From Proteobacteria bacterium UBA6156 (GTDB taxonomy: Bacteria; Pseudomonadota; Alphaproteobacteria; UBA2136; UBA6156), in the NCBI GenBank assembly GCA_002422365.1, contig DIUO01000031.1, forward strand, positions 11,263-75,262: a stretch of 64,000 bases of DNA, in the 5' to 3' direction. Below are positions 16,571 to 24,397 of this stretch, piece by piece. A model generated the notes under the pieces. It saw only the letters and a list, made by a program, of their open reading frames with translations, had not been told where the DNA came from and made no database searches. A program made the position numbers and the translations under genes. How positions within the stretch are numbered: the first letter of the stretch is position 1; every line of letters begins with the position of its first letter.

Positions 16571-17022
16571 GATTGGGGATGCTGTGTGTGGCCCTGGTGC
16601 TGCTGGCAGGGTGTGGGGAGGCGCAGGATGGGCCGCCCAAGCTGCCGCCCGAGATATCGCAAGGCCAACCCCAAGACCTGCCGCGTGTGGCGCTGCAAGT
16701 GGGGACTGTGAAGGTGCAGGCCCAAGTGGCCGACGACGATGACGAGCGGGCCAAGGGGCTGATGTTTGTGCGTGCCATGCCGGAAGATGAAGGCATGCTG
16801 TTTGTGTGGCCGGAGAAGGCGGAGCGGAGTTTTTGGATGCGGAATACGTATATTCCACTGGATTTGCTGTTTATTGATGGGCGGCGGATTGTGCGGATTG
16901 TGCAGGGGGTGCCGCTGGATGAGAGTGCGTTACCTTCTGGCCAGCCGGTGGATAAGGTGCTGGAGATGAATGCCGGGTGGGCTGCGCGGAGGGGGGTTAA
17001 GGTGGGGGATTTAGTGTTTTAG
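16567..17022 (+). CDS. DUF192 family protein (lipoprotein signal)
   Basis: MRLGMLCVALVLLAGC lipobox. GMLFVWPEKAERSFWMRNTYIPLDLLFID matches the DUF192 core pattern. Confidence 0.75.
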   Translation: MRLGMLCVALVLLAGCGEAQDGPPKLPPEISQGQPQDLPRVALQVGTVKVQAQVADDDDERAKGLMFVRAMPEDEGMLFVWPEKAERSFWMRNTYIPLDLLFIDGRRIVRIVQGVPLDESALPSGQPVDKVLEMNAGWAARRGVKVGDLVF

Positions 17023-17055
17023 TGTTTGGTGTTTTTGTTTTGTTTTTAGTTTTTT
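17014..17055 (+). repeat. degenerate GTGTTTN heptamer/octamer array
   Basis: GTGTTTTA GTGTTTG GTGTTTTT GTTTTGTTTTTAGTTTTTT. Contains the DUF192 stop (TAG 17020-17022) and the dsbD stop (complement of 17046-17048). Confidence 0.75.
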
Positions 17056-19184
17056 GAGGTTGGTGGGGGGACGGTTTCGAGTTTGTCTTTCAGCAGGCCG
17101 GGAGTGAGGAGCTGGGGGAGCACCTGGACGGGTTGGCCGGGCAGGTAGAGCAGGTAGAGCGGCACGCCACGGCGGTTGTGGCGGGCGAGTTCGGCGCTGA
17201 TCTCCGGGTTCTGGTTGGTCCAGTCGGCACGGAAAATGGCGGTGTTGGTTTGGCGGAAGAGGGTTTGGACGCTGTCGGTGTTCAGGACTGTGGCTTCAGT
17301 CACTTTGCAGGTGATGCACCAGTCGGCGGTGAAGTCGACAAAGACGGGGTTGCCGGTTTGGAGCGCTTGCTCGACCGCCGTGGCCGACCAGGGCTGCCAC
17401 AGCACGTTGTGCGGGCGGTTGAGGGCGGTAGCAAACAGGAACAGGCTGCCCGCCAGAATGGCCAAGGGCAACACGGCGGTGAGGCGGGAGGGCCGGGCCC
17501 CCAGCAGCCACAGCGTGAAGGTGAAGACCAGCAACGCGGTGAGCATGAGGAACAGCCCTGCCTGCCCGGTTTGGCTGGTGAACACATAGGCCAGCCACAA
17601 GGCGGTGGCGAGCATGGGCCAGCCGAGGGCGTGGCGGAAGGTGAGCATCCAGTTGCCCGGGCGGGGGAGCCAGCGGAACACCTGCGGGAAGGGGATGGCG
17701 ACCAGGAACGGCAGTGCCATGCCGAGGCCGAGGGTGGTGAAGACGAGGAGGCTTTCTAATAACGTTTGGGTGAGGGCGAAGGCCATGGCGCCGCCCATGA
17801 AGGGCACGGTGCAGGGGGTGGCGACCAGCACCGCCAGCACGCCAGTGGCGAAGCTGGCGCCGAGGGAGTGCTTGATGGTTTCGGCCTGCGCGGCACCCGC
17901 CTTGAGGGCTTTGGCCTTGGGTTTGGTTGTGGGGGTGGCGAGGCGGGTGAGGGTTTGGCCGAGCTCGAACACGCCAAAAAAGTTGAAGGCGACGGCGACC
18001 ATGAGGAACACCAGGGCGGCGACCATGACCGGGTTTTGCAGATGGAAGCCCCAGCCGACCTGCGCGCCTGCCTGCTTGAGCACGGCGATGAGGACGGCAA
18101 AGGCCCAGAAGCTGCCCAGCACGCCCAGCGCATAGGCCAGCGTGTGGCGTGTGCGCCCGGCGCCATGGTGGTGCTGCACCAGGCTGAGCAGCTTGAGCGA
18201 CAGAACCGGCAGGACGCAGGGCATAAGGTTAAGCATAAGCCCGGCTATAAACGCAAAAACAAGCGCCCCCAGCAGCGAGAGCGATGGGGATGAAGCTGTG
18301 CCACCAGTTGCCGCACCCGGCGCGGTGGGCGAGACCGCCGCGCTGACGCCGGAGAGAAGGGGCGTGCTGAAGCTGAAGCCCTGGCCGTTGACCAGCAACA
18401 GGCCGCTGAGGGTGGTGGGCGGGGTTACGGTTTGTTCGTCCAGCTGAATGGACAGGGTGTTGCCGGTGAGGCTTTGGGGGGCGGAGTCGTTGATGATGCC
18501 GTCTTCGTTCGGGAGAAAACGCACCGACTGGCTGGCGAGGTTGAGCGGCAGCGTGAGCTGGATGGTGGCGCCGGTGGTTTCGGCGCTTATGGCCCTTTCT
18601 GGTAGGGGTTGGGGGAGGTTGGTGGCGGGTTTGAACTCTGGGTTGGTTTGGGCGCGGGCGGCGACGGTGAGGGGGAGCGTGAGCTCGGCCCGGCCGGGCA
18701 TGCAGACATCTTTGCAATAGAGGAAGCTGGCGGTGAAGGGCAGGACGTTCAGGCCCTGGGCCAGGCCGCTGGGCAGGGTGAAGTTGGTGGTGAAGGTGAC
18801 GGTGTTTTCGTATCCGTAGTTCGTGAGTGGCGGGATGCTGATGACCTGCGGGGTGGGGAAGGTGAGGGCGAGAGGCTCCGGGTTGCCGGGCAGGTTGGGG
18901 GTGAGCTGGGGCGGGAGGCCGGAGTCTCCGGCATTGCGCCAGTAGATGTGCCAGTGGGGCTCGAGTTTAAACTGCCAGGCGAGCTGGATGGTTTGGCCCG
19001 GCGTGACCTGCGCGTGGCTGGCGCTGAGGCGGGTGGTGATGACGGGGTCGTCGTGCTGGCTGGTGGCCGTGGCCCAGGCGCTGGTGCCTGGTGTGGAGCT
19101 TTGGGCGGCCACGGGTGCGGGCAACCCGAGCGTGGCAGCAAACAGACAGAGGGTAACGAAAACGGAGCGGATGAGCTGCGGCAT
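17046..19184 (-). CDS. dsbD: thiol:disulfide interchange protein DsbD/ScsB family
   Basis: ATG 19184 within ORF 17046..19271. Signal peptide and an N-terminal periplasmic domain. TM core with LMPCVLPVL and ATPCTVPFM. C-terminal thioredoxin fold with DWCITCK. Confidence 0.85.
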   Translation of the reverse strand: MPQLIRSVFVTLCLFAATLGLPAPVAAQSSTPGTSAWATATSQHDDPVITTRLSASHAQVTPGQTIQLAWQFKLEPHWHIYWRNAGDSGLPPQLTPNLPGNPEPLALTFPTPQVISIPPLTNYGYENTVTFTTNFTLPSGLAQGLNVLPFTASFLYCKDVCMPGRAELTLPLTVAARAQTNPEFKPATNLPQPLPERAISAETTGATIQLTLPLNLASQSVRFLPNEDGIINDSAPQSLTGNTLSIQLDEQTVTPPTTLSGLLLVNGQGFSFSTPLLSGVSAAVSPTAPGAATGGTASSPSLSLLGALVFAFIAGLMLNLMPCVLPVLSLKLLSLVQHHHGAGRTRHTLAYALGVLGSFWAFAVLIAVLKQAGAQVGWGFHLQNPVMVAALVFLMVAVAFNFFGVFELGQTLTRLATPTTKPKAKALKAGAAQAETIKHSLGASFATGVLAVLVATPCTVPFMGGAMAFALTQTLLESLLVFTTLGLGMALPFLVAIPFPQVFRWLPRPGNWMLTFRHALGWPMLATALWLAYVFTSQTGQAGLFLMLTALLVFTFTLWLLGARPSRLTAVLPLAILAGSLFLFATALNRPHNVLWQPWSATAVEQALQTGNPVFVDFTADWCITCKVTEATVLNTDSVQTLFRQTNTAIFRADWTNQNPEISAELARHNRRGVPLYLLYLPGQPVQVLPQLLTPGLLKDKLETVPPPTSKN

Positions 19185-19391
19185 GGCTTTTTCCTGATTG
19201 AGTGGTTGGGTGGGATACTCTAGCATTGGGGCCAACAATGCAAGGTTTGCTGGATGGATTTTGTGCCTCATTTCTATTTACATGGCCGTATGGCTCTGTT
19301 TTTGCTGGCCGCTGTAGCCACTTTGTGGTTGCGCGTGCCGGCCTTTAACCTGCTGCAGCGCCCGGCGCTGAAATTGCTGCGGAGCTAAGAC

Positions 19392-21047
19392 GTGCTGCGC
19401 AAGATTGTTGTAGGCTTACTCGGATTTACCGGCACCCTGGTGGTGCTGTTGCTGGTGACAGTGATGCTGCAACAAATGCCCATGCCGGATGCCAGTGGGC
19501 TGGGCATACGTTATTGGCAAGACCAGCCGAGTGGGGGTGGCTTTGTGAGTGCGCTGACCCGGCAATTGGGCTTTGCCGCCTTTATGCTGATGAATATGTG
19601 GGTGCTGTGGTTTATACCCCTGGGCGGGCTGTTGCTGACGCTGGTGCTGATGAACCGCGAAGTGGATAGCAGCGAGATGGCGGTGTATTTGGAGCGTATT
19701 CATCTGCTGGAGCACGCCTTGACCGAAGCACGCACCAATGCCGAGCTTTATGGCGGCCGCTGGGACGGCCTGAACAGCAAGTTTGACCAGTTGTTTGAAC
19801 ACAGTGCCGAAGTGTGGTTGGTGGTTGACCGTGGCGGTGGCATACGCCGCTGGAACCGCGCGGCGGTGGATTTGGCGCGGCGGTTTACGCCGGGAGTGGG
19901 GGATAGTTTGGAGGGGAAGCCGCTCTCGGACGTGGTGGCCAATGCCGCCGACCTGAGCACCCTGACGGCGCCGGTGCGTGATGCGCTGATGCAGGGCTTA
20001 GTGACCAACGGCGAAGTGCATTTGCAGCAGGTGGGGCAGCATTTTCTGGTGTGGATTTTCCCGTTAGGGGACGACGTGGCGCTGGTGCTGCGCGATGTGA
20101 CCCACCGTTACCGTGACGACGCCTTTATGCGCAGCAGCGAACGCCTGGTGCGCCAATTGGTGGAAGACAGCGTACGCCCGGTGGCGGTGCTGGACATGAA
20201 CTGGACTTATTTATATGTAAGCCGCAAATGGAGCGACGTAATGGGGCTTGACCCCCATGAGGGGCTGATTGGGAGTGACCATCGGGTGAAGGTGCCGGAT
20301 TTCCCTGCCGACCGGCGTGTGATTGAGCCGCAGTTGCAGGAAGGCAAGCGTGTGGGCCGCGACGACGAGCGCCGCACCGTGAAAGGGCGCGAAATGCTGC
20401 TGAGCTGGCACATACGGCCATGGGCCGATGCGGCCGGGCGCCCCGGAGGCTATATTTTTACGGTGCTGGACACCACCGAGCACACCCGCCTGAAGCAGCA
20501 AGTGGCACAGGCCGAAGAGCGCGAAAATGCGCTGGCTTATAGTGACGCCCTGACCGGGTTGCCCAACCGCCAGCTGTTTAATGACCGCCTGAATATGAAT
20601 TTGGCGCAGGCTTACCGGCAATTGGGCAAGGTAGCGTTGTTCTTTTTAGACCTGGATGGTTTTAAGGCCGTGAACGACCAGTTGGGCCATGACGCCGGGG
20701 ACTTGCTGCTGAAGCAGGTGGCCGACCGCCTGAAGGGCTGCGTGCGCACCACCGACACTGTGGCGCGGCTGGGGGGGGATGAGTTTACGATCATCCTTTC
20801 TATAAGAGACCGTGCCGACGCCGAGCAAGTGGCCGAAAAAGTGCTGAATACGATACGCGCCCCCTATGATTTGAATGGTAAAATTGCCGATAAAGTGGGA
20901 ACCAGTATTGGGATTGCGCTTTACCCGCAGGACGGCACCCAAGGCGCCGACCTGGTGCGCAAAGCGGATGCCGCGATGTATGCCGCCAAGCAGGGCGGGA
21001 AAAACGCCTGGCGCTTTGCCACGCAGGAAATTACGGTGCAGGGGTAA
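19392..21047 (+). CDS. membrane PAS-GGDEF diguanylate cyclase
   Basis: 551 aa starting at GTG. N-terminal TM helices, PAS-like region, GGDEF domain with RLGGDEFTIIL. Confidence 0.85.
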   Translation: MLRKIVVGLLGFTGTLVVLLLVTVMLQQMPMPDASGLGIRYWQDQPSGGGFVSALTRQLGFAAFMLMNMWVLWFIPLGGLLLTLVLMNREVDSSEMAVYLERIHLLEHALTEARTNAELYGGRWDGLNSKFDQLFEHSAEVWLVVDRGGGIRRWNRAAVDLARRFTPGVGDSLEGKPLSDVVANAADLSTLTAPVRDALMQGLVTNGEVHLQQVGQHFLVWIFPLGDDVALVLRDVTHRYRDDAFMRSSERLVRQLVEDSVRPVAVLDMNWTYLYVSRKWSDVMGLDPHEGLIGSDHRVKVPDFPADRRVIEPQLQEGKRVGRDDERRTVKGREMLLSWHIRPWADAAGRPGGYIFTVLDTTEHTRLKQQVAQAEERENALAYSDALTGLPNRQLFNDRLNMNLAQAYRQLGKVALFFLDLDGFKAVNDQLGHDAGDLLLKQVADRLKGCVRTTDTVARLGGDEFTIILSIRDRADAEQVAEKVLNTIRAPYDLNGKIADKVGTSIGIALYPQDGTQGADLVRKADAAMYAAKQGGKNAWRFATQEITVQG

Positions 21048-21173
21048 TTTTTACACAAAACTGCGGGCAGGGGGGTTGTGGCCTAAGGAACACGCACCTA
21101 TTAATGACCATGTGTTGACGCGGAAAGGGGCTTTCCGTAGCATGATGTTAACAAACAAAAGGAGCCGCGAGAT

Positions 21174-21387
21174 GTACGACAAGCTGTTTGCATCGATGAT
21201 TTTACCCGTACAGCCGGAATTTGCGGCTGATGGCGCTGTGATTAAAGTGGAAGACTTTGTGGCCGAAGCCGAAACCGGTGAAGCCTTTTTTGGCGGCTAT
21301 GCCGAAGACTTTTTGGCCGACATGGGCCTGGATATGCTGGAGCAGGCGCCCGAAGCCCGCACCGGCAAAGCGAAAATTCAGGGTTAA
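21174..21387 (+). CDS. small acidic hypothetical protein (71 aa)
   Basis: ATG 21174 lies 7 nt after AAAGGAG. Product MYDKLFASMILPVQPEFAADGAVIKVEDFVAEAETGEAFFGGYAEDFLADMGLDMLEQAPEARTGKAKIQG. 15 nt upstream of ybjQ. Confidence 0.4.
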
Positions 21388-21402
21388 TACGGAGCGCCCG
21401 CC

Positions 21403-21732
21403 ATGCTGATGATTACCACCAACAGCGTGGAAGGTTACCGCATACGCAAATACGGCCCGCTGGTGGCCAGCGAAGTGGTGATGGGCACGAACTTGTTCCG
21501 GGACTTTTTTGCGAAGGTGCGCGATGTGGTGGGGGGCCGGAGTGGGGCGTTTCAGGAAGCCTTGAAAGATGCCCGCGAGCTGGTGCTGCAGGAAATGCAG
21601 GAGCAGGCGGTGGCGGAGGGCTGCAATGCGGTGATTGGCATTGATTTGGATTACGGCGAAATTAGTGGCGGCGACAAAACCATGTTGTTGGTGGCGGCGC
21701 AGGGCACGGCGGTATTTATAGAGCCGATATAG
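21403..21732 (+). CDS. ybjQ: YbjQ/UPF0145 family protein
   Basis: 109 aa. ITTNSVEGYRI...VMGTNLFRDFFAKVRDVVGGRSGAFQ...NAVIGIDLDY is the canonical YbjQ pattern. Confidence 0.85.
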   Translation: MLMITTNSVEGYRIRKYGPLVASEVVMGTNLFRDFFAKVRDVVGGRSGAFQEALKDARELVLQEMQEQAVAEGCNAVIGIDLDYGEISGGDKTMLLVAAQGTAVFIEPI

Positions 21733-21772
21733 GGCTTTTAGCGCCAGTGTATGTTGTATGATGAATGATAAA

Positions 21773-21796
21773 GCCCCGGGTGAGGGGCCTTTTTTA
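21773..21796 (+). terminator. intrinsic terminator after ybjQ
   Basis: GCCCC-gggtga-GGGGC followed by CTTTTTTATT. Confidence 0.55.
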
Positions 21797-21913
21797 TTGG
21801 GCTATGTTGCTGAAATGACGTTGGTGGTGGGTGGAGGTTGTCAGTCTTGTATTACGAGTGACAGATTTTATGCATACGCTGGGTATACGAGCAACCCGAG
21901 AAAGGATACCCCC

Positions 21914-22453
21914 ATGACCTGTTATGAAACCGCTGTGTTTGACACCGCCGAGGCTGCCCTGCACTGGGCCGTGGAAGTGCTGCGCCGCCGCCGCCTGCCG
22001 CGCAACAGCAGCCTGTGGCGCGAGCTGGTGCAGGAAGCGGAAGACGTGGAGCGCCAGTGGGGCCTGGCCCGCAATATGCTGATACCGACCGACCCGGATG
22101 AGCGGCTGGGGCTGGCGCTGGATATTATGGAAGCGTTGGCCGGGCTGGACAGTGCCGACGCCCTGCTGCTGCGCCAATGGAGCATGGGAGACTGGGCCGA
22201 TGAGATGCGCTTGCGCGTGGCATTGGAGATTCAGGAGCGGTTGCGGCGGCAAGGGGTGCGGGTGCGGCTCAGCTACCGTTACAGTTATGACCAGCTGAGT
22301 GTGCTGGCCAAATGCCACAGAAAAACGGCCTGGCGGCGTGTGCAGAAGGCGCTGGAGCACTTGCAGCTTGCCTTGCAGGTGAAGGGTGTGGTGATGCGGG
22401 TGGAGGCGCCGGAGAGTGGGCTTGGTAACTGGGAGATGGGACTTAGGAGTTAG
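21914..22453 (+). CDS. hypothetical protein with sigma region-4-like HTH (tentative)
   Basis: ATG 21914 after GAGAAAGGA. The ORF-track start 21758 overlaps the ybjQ terminator. YSYDQLSVLAKCHRKTAWRRVQKALEHLQLAL looks like an HTH. Stop lies inside the heptamer repeat. Confidence 0.45.
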   Translation: MTCYETAVFDTAEAALHWAVEVLRRRRLPRNSSLWRELVQEAEDVERQWGLARNMLIPTDPDERLGLALDIMEALAGLDSADALLLRQWSMGDWADEMRLRVALEIQERLRRQGVRVRLSYRYSYDQLSVLAKCHRKTAWRRVQKALEHLQLALQVKGVVMRVEAPESGLGNWEMGLRS

Positions 22454-22462
22454 GAATTAAGG
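22442..22462 (+). repeat. heptamer triplet CTTAGGA-GTTAGGA-ATTAAGG, followed by GGTTTGGCA x2 (22464-22481)
   Basis: Contains the TAG 22451-22453 of the + ORF and the zur stop (complement of 22450-22452). Confidence 0.6.
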
Positions 22463-22899
22463 GTGGTTTGGCAGGTTTGGCAGGTGCCGAGGAGCTCGAT
22501 GTGTGAGGACTCCACCCGGAAGCCGTGGGCGCTGGCGGCGGTGTGGAGTTTCTCGAGCGGGGTGTGGAGTTCGGTTACCGTGCGGCAATGTTTGCAGATG
22601 ACGAGTTGGCCGGTGTGGTCTTCTCCGACATGTGGGCAGCCGATGTAGGCGCCCATGCTGGCGATATGGTGGATGAGGCCTGCGCCTTGCAAAAACTGAA
22701 GGGCGCGGTAGGTGATGGGCGGTTGGGTGTTGCCGAGGGCATCCATGATTTGATGCGCCGTGAGCGCCTGGTGGCTTTGCCAAATGATGCTGAGGACGGC
22801 GCGGCGGGTGTCGGTGAGGCGGAGATTGTTGGCGGCGCAGAAGGACTCGGCTTGCGCCATGGCGTTGGTTTGGCAGGTGGCGTGGTTAGGACAGGGCAT
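22450..22899 (-). CDS. zur: Fur-family metalloregulator, Zur-like
   Basis: 149 aa. RLTDTRRAVLSIIW...ITYRALQFLQGAGLIHHI winged helix. AYIGCPH...LVICKHCRTV...LLGTCQTCQ Cys pairs laid out as in Zur. Confidence 0.75.
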   Translation of the reverse strand: MPCPNHATCQTNAMAQAESFCAANNLRLTDTRRAVLSIIWQSHQALTAHQIMDALGNTQPPITYRALQFLQGAGLIHHIASMGAYIGCPHVGEDHTGQLVICKHCRTVTELHTPLEKLHTAASAHGFRVESSHIELLGTCQTCQTTLNS

Positions 22900-22908
22900 G
22901 GAACTAGT

Positions 22909-23379
22909 TTAGCATGGATTGACGAAATGTGGGTAGAGCGCTGATTTTTCCCAACCCGGGTGAGAGGGCAAGCGGCTTTGCAGGAAGGCGAGTGCCTCTG
23001 GATATGATTTGAGAGCTGGTTCGTCGCAGCGACTGATTTTCCAGAGTTCTCCCCATTCTACCCGGCAGGCCATGCGTTGGATGGCATGGTGGATATCGTA
23101 TTCTGGCGTTGGGCTGATGAGGTAAACCTGGTTGAAGAGCCAGTAGAGATGGAGACCTGTGGTTTGTACGGCTTTTTGGAATAATTCTGGGGTCGTGGCT
23201 GTTTCGTAGAGATTATCGAGAATGTCTTCGTGCTGGCTGCGAGGAAACGTATCGGTGCTAATGCCTGCAGCTTTGGCTAAGTTGCCACTGCCTGCGACAG
23301 TGCAATGGAGGCATTCATCCCAGACACTGGTAACAACCGGGGCTAAGATTTGGAGGAAGGTGAAGGTGGGTTGGTGCAC
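22909..23379 (-). CDS. hypothetical protein, short paralog of 23448..24287
   Basis: 156 aa. GTG start with no obvious RBS. Shares DECLHC..AGSG and GLHLYWLFNQVYLISPT...AIQRMACRVEWG with the upstream gene. Its stop is 9 nt from the zur start. Lower GC. Confidence 0.5.
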   Translation of the reverse strand: MHQPTFTFLQILAPVVTSVWDECLHCTVAGSGNLAKAAGISTDTFPRSQHEDILDNLYETATTPELFQKAVQTTGLHLYWLFNQVYLISPTPEYDIHHAIQRMACRVEWGELWKISRCDEPALKSYPEALAFLQSRLPSHPGWEKSALYPHFVNPC

Positions 23380-23409
23380 AGTATGAACTTTGCTTTGAAG
23401 TGAATGGGG

Positions 23410-23432
23410 GGAGGGGCGACGGGCGCCCCTCC
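23410..23432 (-). terminator. GC-rich hairpin between the two paralogs (terminator-like, no U-tract)
   Basis: GGAGGGGCG-acggg-CGCCCCTCC. A 9-bp perfect stem, 16 nt downstream of the stop of 23448..24287. Confidence 0.35.
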
Positions 23433-23447
23433 GGTTCGTGATGATCG

Positions 23448-24287
23448 TTAACAGTCGCGGCGATCAGGCGACTGGTTCTGGAGTTGGAGTACCGAGCTTG
23501 GCTTGGGCTTCTGCGACGGGTCGAGCGGAATTGCAGGCGCGCCGCAGCCCCCACAATTGTAGGTGATCAACCGCTCTCCGAGACCGAGTTCCTGACGCAG
23601 GAGCTCGGTGCCGGTGAGGGAGCCGAACCATGCGCTTGCCGGTTCGAACAACGGCCCCTGGACGGGGATGTTGTCGATGCCGAGCGGGTGCTCGCGCGTG
23701 AGGCCGTCGCGGATACGTTCCAGACCCTCGGCCGCATTGAGACTGAGGTGCTGATAGACGTAGGCGCGGGCGTCGTCGTTCGTGCGTTCGGCTTTCGGCA
23801 TGGTGCCGGTGAGGCCCCATTCCAAACGGAAGGCATGACGGCGAAACGCCCAGTCGAGGTCGACCTGCTCGGTGGGAGACAAGACGAATACGCCGTTGAA
23901 GAGCCAGTAGACCCAGATGCCGTGATCTTCGGCGAAGAGCCTGCGTGGCACATCGAACATGGCGATGCGGCGCATGCTCAGCAGCAGGGGGTGTGGGGCT
24001 TCGGCATCTGACGCCATGAAGCCGCGCTTGCCGGTGTAGGGATCGAAGCGGGTCGGGCCCGAGCCGGTTCCCCCGATCCAGCAGTGCAGGCAGTCGTCGA
24101 CGGGACCGTCGCTGCCCTGCATCTGGCGTGCCAAATGGACGAGCCGGTCGTAGGCTTCGCCGAGGTCTTCCGGCATAACCTGCCGGATGATGGCTTCGGC
24201 TTCGGCCTCGTGATCCGGATTGCCCGGAATGAGGCCTGCGTAGCTGATGCCACGAGCGGCAAGGAGGTGGTCGGCATTGAAGGACAT
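23448..24287 (-). CDS. hypothetical CxxC...CxxC protein, unknown family
   Basis: 279 aa. ATG 24287 after GAGGAAA. Motifs DDCLHCWIGGTGSG, GIWVYWLFNGVFVLSPT, AFRRHAFRLEWG and C-terminal YNCGGCG. No family recognised. Confidence 0.6.
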   Translation of the reverse strand: MSFNADHLLAARGISYAGLIPGNPDHEAEAEAIIRQVMPEDLGEAYDRLVHLARQMQGSDGPVDDCLHCWIGGTGSGPTRFDPYTGKRGFMASDAEAPHPLLLSMRRIAMFDVPRRLFAEDHGIWVYWLFNGVFVLSPTEQVDLDWAFRRHAFRLEWGLTGTMPKAERTNDDARAYVYQHLSLNAAEGLERIRDGLTREHPLGIDNIPVQGPLFEPASAWFGSLTGTELLRQELGLGERLITYNCGGCGAPAIPLDPSQKPKPSSVLQLQNQSPDRRDC

Positions 24288-24357
24288 ACAAGTTTCCTCG
24301 TTTTGAAATGGACAGGAATATGAGGCAAGCCTCGGGTGATGCGTTTGCTGAATAGCA

Positions 24358-24376
24358 TGTGTTAGGGATTAACACA
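24358..24376. promoter_or_regulatory. perfect inverted repeat TGTGTTA-N5-TAACACA upstream of the CxxC gene
   Basis: Read directly at 24358-24376, between the kup stop (24398) and the start of 23448..24287 (24287). AT-rich 7-bp arms with no U-tract, so an operator is more likely than a terminator. Confidence 0.3.
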
Positions 24377-24397
24377 AGGTGGGAGGGGCGGATTGGG

